Assembly: GCA_964016885.1 (NCBI GenBank)
Contig: OZ024748.1
Coordinates: forward strand, 48,732,001-48,796,000
DNA length: 64,000 bases
Reading direction: 5' to 3'
Source of the DNA: Eledone cirrhosa
Taxonomy: Eukaryota
Shown here one piece after another: positions 39,810 to 52,759 of the stretch; within the stretch, counting starts at the first letter, position 1, and each line of letters starts with the position of its first letter. Below the pieces are notes generated by a model that made no database searches, was not told the origin of the DNA, and saw only the letters and a program-made list of their open reading frames with translations. Position numbers and translations under genes: made by a program.

Positions 39810-40437
39810 TCATCATCATCATCATCATCATCATCGTTTAACATCCATCTTCCACGCTAGCATGGGTTAGAAGGAGCATGGGTTAAAGATATATATATAT
39901 ATATATGGGTGTGTGTGTGTGTATCATCATCATCATCATCATCCTCGTTTAACATCCGCTTTCCACGCTAGCATGGGTTGTGTATGTATGTATATATATA
40001 TCATCATCATCATCATCAACGTTTAACGTCCGTGTTCCACGCTTGCATGGGTTTGGACGGGGGTAGTCCCACTTGAGGCAAGAGTGATTGTCTTGCTCGC
40101 ATAGGACTGTCTGGCAGGTTTTCTACAGTTGGATGCCCTTCCTAACACCAACCACATTTACAGTGTGGGTCTGGGAGGTTTTTACCGTGTTGCCTACACG
40201 GCCACATTACAGCGTGGACTGTGTGTTTTTTTGTCATGACACCTACACAATCTCATTTGTTTCGGCCTGGATGGCGCGGCACCAACATAACTTTACATAG
40301 AACGGGGTGGTGTGGATGGGGTGGGGGTGGTGGCGGGACGGGGTGTATTTTGTTAGAGATGCCTACTGGCAAGGCGGGTCTTCTCTGTTACTGAGTACCG
40401 CCAAAGGTCTCGGTCCAGTGACATTGTCTTGGAGAGG
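39810..40437 (-). mobile_element. RTE 3' fragment plus two extra stacked short RTE tails
   Basis: (CAT)n-CGTTTAAC.TCC...TTCCACGCT.GCATGGGTT at ~39810, 39924 and 40002; the third continues into the ORF end. Confidence 0.85.
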
Positions 40438-40783
40438 TATATATATATATATATATATGAGAATAAACGTGCTGCGGAGTTGCAAATGGGTTACATATGA
40501 ATAAAGTGGTCCTTCATCAGTGATCTTCCAACCATCACAGGTATTGCTTTGCTTTAAAGACCATATACCTCCGGTTGGTGCGAGCAACGGCTAAAAAAAG
40601 TCGTTGGGACACGTAAATAAAGGGGTCAGCGAGACTGTAAACAAACAAAGATGGTGAAGCAACGAAAAGTGAGGAAGAGCGAGTCAAGTCCAAAAATTTA
40701 TATATATATATATATATGGGTGTGTGTGTGTGTGTGTGTGTATGTGTATATATATATATATATATACACACATACACACAGAG

Positions 40784-40842
<59 letters not shown>

Positions 40843-40917
40843 TGCTATTGATGTTTGTTACAAATTACATTTGGTCAGTACGTGTACATTTGAACATGGA
40901 CACGCTCACACATATAT

Positions 40918-41278
40918 ATCATCATCACCGTTTTACGTCCGTTCTTCCACGCTAGCATGGGTTAGACGGGTTGTCCTGTTGTGGGCAGTGTCTGGTCGGC
41001 TGACCTTGCCTTGCTCATACAGGAACTGATTCTGGCTTGATTTCTACAGCTGGATGCCCTTCCTAACACCAACCTCATTTACAGTGAGTGCTGGGTGCTT
41101 TTTTCCGTGGCGCCTACACGTCCACTTTACAGTGTGGGCTGGGTGCTTTTTTGCCGTGGCACCTCCACAACCACCTTGCAGTGGGAGGGTGTGGGGGCAT
41201 ATTGCCTATATGCTTCAGCTTGTACTCATGGGAGGTCGGGTACTCTGTATTACTGCGTGACGCCAGAGGTCACGGTCG
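40918..41278 (-). mobile_element. RTE LINE 3' fragment
   Basis: Closely matches the reverse complement of 7470-7838. Confidence 0.9.
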
Positions 41279-41793
41279 TGTATATATATATACAATATAT
41301 TAATAAATGGAAACTATATTTATAAAACCATAATTATTTTATTATATATATTTCAAAGGTAACCAAGGCAAATTATGGTGCGCTTTTATCAGATAAAATA
41401 CAGATTTGTTTTATAAATAAATATTGACAAACCCGGAAAAAAGACAACCTTAACGGTTGAAGTTCGATGGATTTTTAAGCTTGTTGAATCCCAACAAATT
41501 AAATGTAACCTCGGCATATATATATATCTATTTTGACGTTAGATTTTTCCTCCTTAGTTCCTTATATTTTTCTTCCTTTCTGACATTTACATATTACATA
41601 TTACAATACATAAAAACAAACCCTAACTAATCTCCTTTATTATATTATATTATTACCATTAGAAAATATTTCGTAAACATATATTTTGATGCTAGGTTTT
41701 TTTCTTCCTTAAACATTATTGTCTTCTTTGCTTTCTGCGCTCATTTGTAAGCAAACTATTTACATATATTACGCACACATATTACATTACATA

Positions 41794-41912
41794 GATCTGA
41801 GTTCAAATCCCGCCAAGGTCAACTTTGCCTTTCATCCTTACGAGGTCGATAAAATAAAGTACCAGTAATGTACTGGGTAATTGGTGGCCTTGTACCGAAA
41901 GTAGAAACAATT
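41794..41912 (+). mobile_element. SINE family A, 5'-truncated
   Basis: B-box, core and tail. Confidence 0.88.
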
Positions 41913-42449
41913 ACATTACATAAAAACACACTTAAACACTAACTAATTCCTCTAAATTCATAACTCATCCACTCTTCTACTTCTTTTCACAGTGTATCCT
42001 TAATAACATTAATATTTTTATTTTAATAATACATATTAACAATTTCTTTTCCTCGCACATATTATTAAACCCTTCAATATACAAACCTTAATTTAATATT
42101 ATTCTTAACCCCTTTTTCTCTTCATCAACTTTTAATTTCAAATTCTTTTAAATTATCTATCATATTCCAACGGCTTTTTAACTTCTCTCTGTGAGACAAT
42201 ATATATTTTTCTCAGTTGTAAAGGCTATCTCTCTCTCTCTCTCTATCACCCATCTCTCCTCCTCTCTCATCCTTCCTTCTTATAGTCCTCCCCCCACCAT
42301 TCTCTACTCTCATCTCCTCCTCTTTCTCACCCTTTCCACACCCCCTCACTTTTTCCCAATATCATACATCAATCTTAATTTATTTTTCATATGTTGATTT
42401 AAAACTTCGCTATTCACAAGTGTTTTTTAACCTTCATATCATGTATCCC

Positions 42450-42517
42450 TATTTTATCTGATGAAAACGCAGATATCATCTCATGATATTTGCTTTTGAA
42501 ATGCGCATAATAAAATA
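42450..42517 (+). ncRNA. Type I hammerhead ribozyme, apparently intact
   Basis: TATTTTAT-CTGATGA-AAACGCAGATATCA TCTCA TGATATTTGCTTTT-GAAA TGCGCA T A-ATAAAATA: perfect 8-bp stem I, 14-position stem II (one mismatch, one GU), palindromic stem III ATGCGCAT, AUA triplet. Confidence 0.85.
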
Positions 42518-42677
42518 CTTGGAACTCTTTTAACCATCTTTTGATCTTGTATGATTTATACTCCAGTCCTACAAACTGTAGAGTGCTACTTATCCGATAT
42601 TTGCATTGCTTTATTGTACTACAATAAAACTCACCTCCTACACACACACACACACACCTAAATGTAAGTATGCATAT

Positions 42678-42711
<34 letters not shown>

Positions 42712-42834
42712 GTATACATATGTACGTATGGGTTATATCGAACATTAATAATAATGTTCGATTTATTTGTAAACAAATGGCCTGATTTAATTTCAATTTT
42801 AGTTTTAATATTCAGCAAGACCAGCCACAACTCG

Positions 42835-43020
42835 GTCGGTATGCAAATGAGGCTACCCAGCTGATGTATACTTAAGAAAATACTATATATTTTCAACAGT
42901 TCAACACATTGGCAGAAAGGTATACAGTCCTGATGAAGAGTAATGACCCAGAAACATGTTGATTGTTCCTCAAAGCCAGTGTTGAACCAACAGGTGATGA
43001 TTGGTCACCGGCATGGCACA
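42835..43020 (+). mobile_element. PLE pLTR-like fragment with decayed HHR (42924-42966)
   Basis: GGTATGCAAATGAGG ... ACAGTC-CTGATGA-AGAGTAATGACCCA-GAAACATGT T-GATTGT. Confidence 0.62.
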
Positions 43021-43104
43021 GCTTCAAATCGGGTTGTTTGTTTACAAATGAATATACCATTTTTATTAATATAACCCATACGTACATATTTATATGTATA
43101 TATA

Positions 43105-43392
43105 ACTCTGGATGTCGGTGAGCATGTCCAGCTAACCTCAGTTTCCTCTGTGTCACTTTTGAGCTGACTTTTGGGATGCTCCCATACAGCTCTGAGTTTT
43201 TCATCCTCAGCATTCTCGTGTAGCACCCATCCATGGACACACTAGAAGAGGAAGACCAAGGTTAACGTGTGTTGATGTCCTAAGGACAGACACTGGTCTG
43301 TTGGAGACACAGGACATGGCAGCGATAATGAGGGACAGAGACTGCTGGAGAGAACTCGTCCATGGATCTCGGGGAATTTTACCCGCCTTAGA
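43105..43392. mobile_element. RTE-like LINE fragment with 5' inversion
   Basis: 43105-43237 (-): DGCYTRMLR..LYG.IPKVS..RKLRLAGH..RHPE; 43238-43392 (+): RGRPRLTCVDVL..DTG..MRDRDCWR. Confidence 0.75.
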
Positions 43393-43788
43393 ATGTATAT
43401 ATAAACGCATGTGTGTATGTGTGTGTGTATGTACATATGCATACTTACATTTATGTATCAGCTGTGGTAGGGCGAGAAATAAAATTCTAATTTTATTTTT
43501 ATATGTATAACATTTTGTTTTAAAATATTTTTTATTTCAAAATTAATTTTTTTCTTGTTTCAAATGTTACACCATTAGAGATCTTAGAATTCAACATCTT
43601 CAGCATAGTTTCTACATCTGGACGCCCTCCCCATCACCAACCATCTTTCATGGTATGATTTCTACATCTGGATGCCCTCTCTATCACCAACCACCTTTCA
43701 TGGCACCAGCTCTAGAGAGGTTGTCTTATTGATTTAACTGAAGAATCTTTTCTACCTAGGAGGAGGAGAATAGAATGGGTGGTGGATA

Positions 43789-43834
<46 letters not shown>

Positions 43835-44535
43835 TGAATTTTCAGAATGAGAGAGAGAGAGAAAAAGAGGGGGTTTCTAAAGGAAGCAAAAATCTTTCAT
43901 TGGAATTTAGACAACTAAATAAATACGTGTGTGTGTGTGTGTGTGTGTGCAGGTATGGGTGTTATTACATGTGTGGATCTGTATGTTTTGAGTTATATGT
44001 GTACATGTGCATATATTTCTGTATCTATATGAGTGTGTCTGCAGTTATTAAATGCTGAATTTCTGAAACGTTTTATATATTTTTACAGTTCCATTAATGG
44101 GCTATATACTTGCAACTTACTAACATAACTATGTGTGTGTGTGTGTGTGCATGTGCATGTGTGTGTATGTACACACACACACACAACCACATATATATAA
44201 ACTAATTGTATAAGAAAAGAAAAACAGAGAAAGTTCTACTGTTTTCTTTTGTGCTATTGCATTTTTCCTTATTTATTTAAATTTCAAAAGATTTTTTTTG
44301 TCTCAGAATTCTAACGAAAATATGCCAATATTTTCGTTAGAATTCTTATCACTGTTTACTACAAATGAAGAGTTCAATATATAATTCATATTGATTTTTT
44401 ATGAATGTATATTCAGTAAACACACACACACACATATGATGATGGGTTTATATATATATATATACTCACACACACATGCACACATATAATCACGATGTGT
44501 GTAAGCATGCGTGCGTGTGTGTATATATATATGTA

Positions 44536-44581
<46 letters not shown>

Positions 44582-45259
44582 TATTTGTATGTGTGTATAG
44601 CTCTTGAAATCTTCAGCTTTTTGTTAAATTTCTTAAGGAGTCTAAATTGAAAGAAGTTATTCAGATTAACAAAAATTACAAGGCATGGCACAATTGATTC
44701 TAATCCAACTCCCATTTTTGTCTTTTTCTTTCATTTGCCTGAAAAGATAAAAGAACAGACGAAAGAGATCACAATTAAAAATATAATAATTTCTACTTAA
44801 TTTTATCTTTTTAATGACTGTAAACTAAATGCGTATTACTGGTACTGAAAGATTGTGTGTTAAGAAGTGGTAAGAATCGCTCAGGAGAGTTGGACAGCAG
44901 AAGGTTTTTAGAAAAGAACTCTTGCCCCTTCAAGTAAATGTTTCCTCCCTTAACTTCTTTACAATCTAAGGGGGCCAGGCTGCATTCAGGTAATGACTCC
45001 TGAGCACCCTTCTACTGACATCTAGTCATTTGGATAGCGGACACTTGTGTAACTAAACTGTATGGAGATTTTGTTGACAAGATCTAGCTGGAACTCTTCT
45101 CCATCTATAATGGTTAGATTGGAAATGATGATCACTTCTTCATTGAATTTGGAGATGAGCATTCAATTTTTAAAATACATTTTGTGAATTATTAACTGGT
45201 TGAGTATTCCACAGACGTATGTGCCATTAATGTAGGAAATCCCCAAAGTAGTAGTTATT

Positions 45260-46168
45260 CACCCTTAGATTTCACTACTCTATGGGACAGTTCATTGAAC
45301 TTTGAGGCCAAAACATCTGGATATTGCCAGGCGCTCACTGCCCTCTACCAGGTGGACAATGCAGTCAGTGGAACTCCTACTCTTGAGTCCTATAGAGGAT
45401 TAGTGGTGGGCAAGTGCAACAGCGTACCCAGAGAGGCTCTGGGCATAGACAAAGTTGAACTGACCAGTCTGTTCCGGAGGACTTTCGAGCTGGAGACTAT
45501 GGATAACTTTCGGAAGTCACTCGCTTGGCAGTGCTACTTGGGTGGCACTGCCAGTTCGAGATAAACTCTACAGGCACGGAAGTGCTGCCAGATGGACCTG
45601 CCTGAGATGCACGCAGAGTGACGAAAGTGTTCTGCGTGCACTCATCCAGTGTTCATACATTACTGACTTGTGGAGTTATGTTGAATAACTGTTGTTGTGT
45701 GTTGAACGGATCCGGGTATGAACTGAGTCCAGAGTGTCACCCCACCGCCTTCTTTTAGCCGTGAAGCAGGCAGTTTTCCTCTCTCTGGTGGCGGGTAGCG
45801 AAAAGGAGTGTACGGTGGACCAGTTTGAAAGGACTGAAGACAAACACTTTTTTTCTTCGGCCAAGGAATGGAATGTGAGGGAGGGTGAATGTGGCGAGAA
45901 TGGGCATACTCTAAGCATGCGCCTGTAGGCTGGTTAATTTAAGGAAGAGAGGGGGTGCCCTTGAGGTGTCGGGTGGTGTTCAGGATTGGTGGAGTACGTG
46001 AGTCTTCTCTGGGTGTTTACACCCCCCCCCCCTATCGGGGGATTTTATCGTTAATTGGTTTTGTTAATTTGTTTTAACTCAATTTTATTGTAAACCCTCC
46101 ACTGTCCTTGTCTATTGTATTGTCCCGTATATGTAGGCCCTTGTGGCGAATAAAGCAATTATTATTAT
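45260..46168 (+). mobile_element. L1/Tx1-like LINE 3' fragment
   Basis: DNFRKSLAWQCY followed in a shifted frame by a TCLRC...ESVLRALIQC zinc-knuckle-like motif; T-rich 3' UTR ending AATAAA ... (ATT)n; GC-richer than the flanks. Confidence 0.68.
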
Positions 46169-46528
46169 GGTCAATTTAATCAATTATCTCCTCCCGCCAA
46201 AATTGTTGGCCTTGTGCCTTAATCAGAAACTATGCCAGTGTGGAAACATGGACGTTAAACAGTGATGGTGGTGATGGTGATGGTGATGATGATTATTCAC
46301 TTAGAATATTACAGTCCAGTTTATTAAACCAAGCTGTAGGAAGTTCTTGCATTGAGGAAATGGTCATTGATGATATTCTGAAAGAGCGATGGTGGAGTGT
46401 GGTAGCTGGTGGTGGTGGGGTTATTGTGGTGCAGAAATTTGAAAAGAAAAATCCTACCCATCGGCTTTTCTATCCAATCTACTTAATTCTAGAAGAAACT
46501 ATATCTTATCATTACAATATCTCGCGTG

Positions 46529-46569
<41 letters not shown>

Positions 46570-46839
46570 TTACACATGTTTCTACACATAAATGTTTAAA
46601 CATATATGTCCACACAAACACACACACACACACATTTGTATATATAGCAAAGACTTGATTTTTAAGCATCTTATCTCCGACCCTAGAATTTATTAATTCT
46701 TGTGTGACCTTATATGAGGTCTTTTCTAGCATCTCCAATTCTCCGATTCTCTCTTAACAGACATACATTTACCAGAACCACAAATAAATTGATGGCATAT
46801 TATGTGGAATAAAATGTACACTGTGCTTCTTATGTTGTA

Positions 46840-47545
46840 TTGGCAGTATCGGTTGAGTGTCAGAGTTACGGCCCTTTATGATCTGAGTTCAAATCCCGCC
46901 GAGGTTAACTTTGCCTTTCATCCTTACGGGGTCGATAAAATAAAGTACCAGTAATACACTGGGATAACTGCTGGCCTTGTGCCAAAAGTAGAAATAATTA
47001 TATGCAAATGACCCCTTCTAGCCGATGTTTTCTATTTGTTATATGTAAATGAGCTTCTCCAATAGGTGATCATCACACACGTTTGGGTGATATTGTAGTC
47101 TGAGGTATCTTGCACATACGACTGGATTGTCACGGCTGGAATATCAATCAGAGTTAACAATGGGGCCAACGACTAATACCACCACATGGATACTCAACCT
47201 GCTAGAAATGGCAGCCAGAACCCGTCAGAAATTGACGCAATGAGAGAATATAGTCTTCCAAGTATCTCAAAGAAACAGAATGGTCATGCACTGGGGTCGA
47301 TTTAATCGACTTTCCCCTTCCCTAAAATTGCTGGCCTTGTGCCTAAATAAGAAATCATTGGCAGTATCGGTAGAGGGTCGGGCGCCATGCTTTCCAACAT
47401 AGTTACGTCCCTTTACGATCTGAGTTCAAATCCCGCCGAGGTTGACTTTGCCTTTCATCCTTACGGGGTCGATAAAATAAAGAACCAGTAATGTACTGGT
47501 GTAATTGCTGGCCTTGTGCCTAAAGTAGAAACAATTATTATTATT
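46840..47545 (+). mobile_element. SINE cluster (family A at 46840-47000 and 47358-47545, other SINE pieces between)
   Basis: Core and tail matches. Confidence 0.85.
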
Positions 47546-47584
47546 AGTAGTAGTATTTTCTAATTTGAATGGAAGGAGATGGGT

Positions 47585-47655
47585 GATGTGTTGGTGTAAT
47601 GGTAGCACAGTGGTCGAGATAACCAAAGATGTGGGTTCAACTCCCATGTACGTCA
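47585..47655 (+). pseudogene. tRNA-like cloverleaf (tRNA pseudogene or SINE head)
   Basis: Acceptor GATGTGT/GTACGTC (three GU pairs), D arm GTGT/GCAC, anticodon loop CGAGATA lacking U33, T arm GTGGG-TTCAACT-CCCAT. Confidence 0.6.
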
Positions 47656-47804
47656 ATACTCATATTTTTCCATTTATCTGAGGGTCCTAAACCCCTCTAT
47701 CAGGCTAAAATTCCTTTAGTCAAAAATACGGTGACAGCTATTCTATTTTCTAATGTCAAACCTGCTCACTGTGTCAAGACATACTTGTCATTTATATTAT
47801 TGTT

Positions 47805-47820
47805 AGCATTGTCATCATTC

Positions 47821-47852
<32 letters not shown>

Positions 47853-48430
47853 GTGTTCATCAATATCATCATTATCATTGTCATAAACATCATCAAAATC
47901 AATAAGATCATTATGATCATCACTATCATCATCAATCTCATCGTCATCATCAACATTATCATCACTATCATCATCAATCTCATCATCGTCATCAACATTA
48001 TTATTGTCATCATCATCATTGTAATCATCAGCAGCAGCATCATCATCATCAACATCATCATCATCATAATCATAATCATTATCATCAACATCAACATAAT
48101 CATTATCATCAACATTATCATAATCATTATCGTCGTCAACATCATCGTTATCAACATCGTCATCACAATCGTCGCCATCACAATCATCGTCATCACAATC
48201 ATCGTCATCACAGTTGTTATCAACATCGTCATCACAATCGTCGCCATCACAATCATCGTCATCACAGTTGTTATCAACATCGTCATCACAATCTCATTAT
48301 CAAGATAGTCGTTATTGCCATCGTAATTATCATCACCAACATCGTCAACATCATCAACAGTCGTCATCACCATCGTCATCACCATCGTCATCATCTTCAC
48401 CATCACCATCACCCTCACCATCACCATCGA
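47805..48430. repeat. Degenerate (CAT)n array
   Basis: Direct reading. Confidence 0.93.
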
Positions 48431-48667
48431 ACTGTTCATAGCCTCTCTGTCAACGTACCTTAATTTGATCGTTCCTTTTGTAAACACAACAATGAATCTA
48501 TGTACAAATTTCATATCTTAACAGTATCAAGAAGCTAAAGTGCATCTCTTAATGTACAAAATTACTTAAATCACGACGGAGAACAAAAAAAAAAAAAAGC
48601 AACACAAATAAATTAAAATATACATAAATAAAAATGCATAAAATAATATAAATGAAATAATATTAAC

Positions 48668-48700
<33 letters not shown>

Positions 48701-49003
48701 GTTGTCATTATTATTAATGAAAAGAAGCTACAGTATTGAAAAGAACTAGCTGGTGTAAGAAGGCTATAATTGTATTTATCTATTGAAATGGTCCATTTCT
48801 ATAATTCCTTGATATTTTGTGCTGTTAATCATACAAGTGCAAAATATTGACAGATCATAAAAGTTAGTCTACTATATATACTGGATGCTTTTGTTAAGGC
48901 AGTATACATTTCACTGTATTTTTTCTCATAAAGTATATCTTTGATAGCAACTCCCACTGTTTCGATAGTCAATAATGAATGAAGTACTATAGAAATAGAT
49001 GCC

Positions 49004-49133
<130 letters not shown>

Positions 49134-49332
49134 TCATCATTTAATATATATACATACATACATTATATATATATATATACACACACACATTTATATATAT
49201 ATATATACCCACACTAAATCTCAAGTAGCGACCTATCTATAGAAAAATTACACAAAATACAATGGTTTGTCTCCGGATTCTTTATTAAACATTTATTAAA
49301 CAGATTCTTTGCCAAACATTTTAAATGTCTGT

Positions 49333-49665
49333 TAGCATAGCATTAGTATAGTATAGCATAGTATATCATAGTATAGTATAGTATATCATACTATAGTATA
49401 TCATAGTATAGTATATCATACTATAGTATATCATAGTATAGTATAGCATATTATAGTATAGTATAGCATAGTATAGTATAGTATAGTATATCATAGTATA
49501 GTATAGTATATCATAGTATAGTATATCATACTATAGTATAGCATATTATAGTATAGTATAGTATAGCATAGTATAGTATAGTATAGTATAGTATAGCATA
49601 GTATATCATAGCATAGTATAGCATAGTATAGTATATCATACTACAGTATAGCATATTATAGCATG
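49333..49665. repeat. (TAGTA)n pentanucleotide satellite
   Basis: TAGTA/TAGCA/TATCA units. Confidence 0.95.
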
Positions 49666-49760
49666 TCATAGGGAGGTGGTCATATTTGGAATTTTTCTAC
49701 ACTATCATTTCTAAAACGTAGTCAAATAGCTTCTTACAGCTACTGCTGCTGCTGCTGCTG

Positions 49761-49812
<52 letters not shown>

Positions 49813-49961
49813 CATTGTAACCACCACCACAACTACCTCCACCATTCTCATATGTATATATATATATATACATTTATATATATATGTGTGTGTATATATA
49901 TATATACATATATATATATAGTGAGTATGATAGTCAGCGTATTGCTATGTATGTATGTGTA

Positions 49962-50039
<78 letters not shown>

Positions 50040-50199
50040 ATATATATATTTAGTATGATAGTCATTGTATTGTTATGTACTATTAGCATTATTATCATTA
50101 CTATAGTACTAGTGTAGTAAATACCTAATACCATACTTGACATTAACAAAGTCATTGTTAAAACATCTCATTCAACTGTCTGCACATGAAGTCTGGCTA

Positions 50200-50491
50200 T
50201 ACAACAACAACAACAACAACAGCAACAACAGCAGCAGCAATGACAACAACAATAGCAGTGAGGCAGCAATATCAGCAGCAACAATAACAACAGGCAACAA
50301 TAACAGCAGCAACAATAACAACAACAGGCAACAATAACAGCAGCAGCAGCAACAACAACAGCTAAGGCTGCAATAACAGCAGCAACAATAACAACAACAG
50401 GCAACAATAACAGCAGCAGCAGCAGCAGCAACAACAACAACAGCTAAGGCTGCAATAACAGCAGCAACAATAACAACAACAGGCAACAATG

Positions 50492-50531
<40 letters not shown>

Positions 50532-50607
50532 CAACAGCTAAGGCTGCAATAACAAGAGCAACATCAGTTAAGGCAGCAGCAGCAGCAGCAGCAACAGCAG
50601 CAACAGC

Positions 50608-50638
<31 letters not shown>

Positions 50639-50840
50639 GCTCAGGCAGCAATAACAGCAGTAGTAACACCAGCAGTAACAACAACTGCAGCAGCAGCAGC
50701 AACAACAGTAGGAACAGCAGCTGAGACAGCAGTAACAACAGCAACAGCAGTAACAACAACAGTAGGAACAGCAGCAACTGCAGATGCAGCAATAGCAGCA
50801 GTAACAACAACAACAACAACAACAGCACAGCAGCAGCAGC
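50200..50840. repeat. (CAA/CAG)n array
   Basis: Direct reading, with internal duplications containing GCTAAGGCTGC. Confidence 0.93.
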
Positions 50841-50939
50841 AAAAATATCTACTTTCACATTGAAGTAGAATGTTTACTTATAAAGTTTGGGTAGTAGTGA
50901 GGTGAAGTGGCTTGATATCATAGGTGTTGACTAGTATAA

Positions 50940-51905
50940 AGGTGGTGGCGGTGGTGGTGGTGGTGGTGGTGGTGGCGGTAGTGGTGGTGGTGGTGGTATT
51001 GGTGCTGGTGGCCGTGTTGGTGGTGGTGGTGGTGGTGGTGGTGGCTGTGTTGGTGGTGGTAGTGGTGGTGGTGGTGGTGGTGGTGGAGTTGGTGTTGTTA
51101 GTGTTGGTGGTGGTGGTGGTGTTGGTATTGGTGTTGGTGGCCGTATTAGTGTTGGTGGTGGTGGTGGTGGTGGCCGTGTTGGTGGTGGTAGTGGTGGTGG
51201 TGGTGGTGGTGGTGGAGTTGGTGTTGTTAGTGTTGGTGGTGGTGGTGGTGTTGGTATTGGTGTTGGTGGCCGTATTAGTGTTGGTGGTGGTGGTGGTGGT
51301 GGCCGTGTTGGTGGTGGTAGTGGTGGTGGTGGTGGTGGTGGTGGAGTTGGTGTTGTTAGTGTTGGTGGTGGTGGTGGTGTTGGTATTGGTGTTGGTGGCC
51401 GTATTAGTGTTGGTGGTGGTGGCGGTGGTGTTGGTGGCCGTGTTGGTGGTGGTAGTGCTGGTGGTGGTGGTGGAGTTGGTGTTGTTAGTGTTGGTGGTGG
51501 TGTTGGTATTGGTGTTGGTGGCCGTATTAGTGTTGGTGGTGGTGTTGGTGGTGGTGGTGGTAGTGTTGGTGGCGGTAGTGTTGGTGATGGTGGTATTGGT
51601 GCTGGTGGCCGTATTAGTGTTGGTGGTGGTGGAGTTGGTGTTGGTGGCGGTAGTGTTGGTGGTGGTGTTGGTGGCGGTAGTGTTGGTGTTGGTGGTGGTG
51701 TTGGTGGCCGTGTTGGTGTTGGTAGTGTTGGTGTTAGTGGTGTTGGTGTTGGTGTTAGTGGTATTGGTATTGGTGTTGGTGGCTGTATTAGTGTTGGTGG
51801 TGGTGGTGGTGGTGGTGATGTTGTTGGTGATGGTGGTATTGTTGGTATTGGTATTAGTGGTAGTGTTGATGATAGTAGTGTTGGTGGTGTTGTTGCTAGT
51901 GGTTG
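50940..51905. repeat. (GGT/GTT)n array with a ~130-bp higher-order repeat
   Basis: GGAGTTGGTGTTGTTAG recurs at ~51085, 51214, 51343 and 51472. Confidence 0.93.
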
Positions 51906-52110
51906 TTTCCACAGGTAATAAAAAGGCCTGCGTGCAAACCACCTAGTCCACCCTGTAATGTGGTTGGTGTTAGGAAGTGCATCCACTTGTAGAAACGAAG
52001 CCAAGATACAGATCCACAGGGGCATGGCATTGATTTCCAGACCTAGCTTGTCTCATAACATGACAACCTGTCTTTCTCATGCAAGCTTGGAAAAATGGAC
52101 GTTAAACGAT
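51905..52110 (+). mobile_element. RTE 3' UTR/tail fragment
   Basis: GTGGTTGGTGTTAGGAAG ... AAATGGACGTTAAACGATG. Similar tails at ~38170-38330 (+), 57725-58010 (+), 58685-58945 (-) and 60810-61160 (-). Confidence 0.8.
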
Positions 52111-52367
52111 GAGTTCCCATGACTTTCGGAAACATTTTTTCACGCTCAGAGTTGCTGAAGCATGGAACAAACTACCTGCATCAGTTGTTAGCTGTCGAGA
52201 CACTGCATCCTTTAAGGCCTCCATGCTTCCCGAGATCCGCCAACACTACAGCTAACACATACACACATGTACTTCCCTGACATTTGTGTATTATTCTATG
52301 TACTATATTGACGAGTTGTAGTGCACCTGAGCACTTTACACAATAATTTCATTATTATTATTATTAT
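52110..52367 (+). mobile_element. CR1-type LINE 3' end
   Basis: SSHDFRKHFFTLRVAEAWNKLPASVVSCRDTASFKASML...*, matching the CR1/L2 C-terminal FF..RV...WN.LP..VV motif; (ATT)n tail. Confidence 0.82.
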
Positions 52368-52759
52368 ATGATGCTGATGATGATCTATTCTAGCTCATTG
52401 CATTATGAGTCCAAATCCAGCTGAGGTACATGTTTTCCTTTCAGTGTGGTAGAATGGCAGGATGGAATCATAAGAGTATCACCTTTCAGCTGTCTCATCT
52501 TTCTTATTTATATTTCCTTAACATTATCCAATGTATCCTTCTGATCTCTAAGACAGTAAGGTGTAATTCCAAATACATTTGGCTGTTACTTCTAGCAAGA
52601 TTAACTCCCTTGTTGGCTTATGAAATGATGAGAAATATATTAAGAAGATCCTGATCTACAAGCGGTCAAAATGAGGTTCCTCTGAAGGGTCCTTAGAGTA
52701 ACATACATTACTCAATAGAGTGCATAGCTTGGAGATCAGGGACTCACTCCATGTAGAGT

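Noticed and set aside
40460-40530. Minus-strand CTGATGAAGG as a possible hammerhead
   Set aside because: No GAAA in register and no convincing stems.
50878-52025. Mucin- or extensin-like Thr/Pro-rich ORFs
   Set aside because: A (GGT/GTT)n array open in three frames whose starts fall in an RTE tail; no splice or domain evidence.
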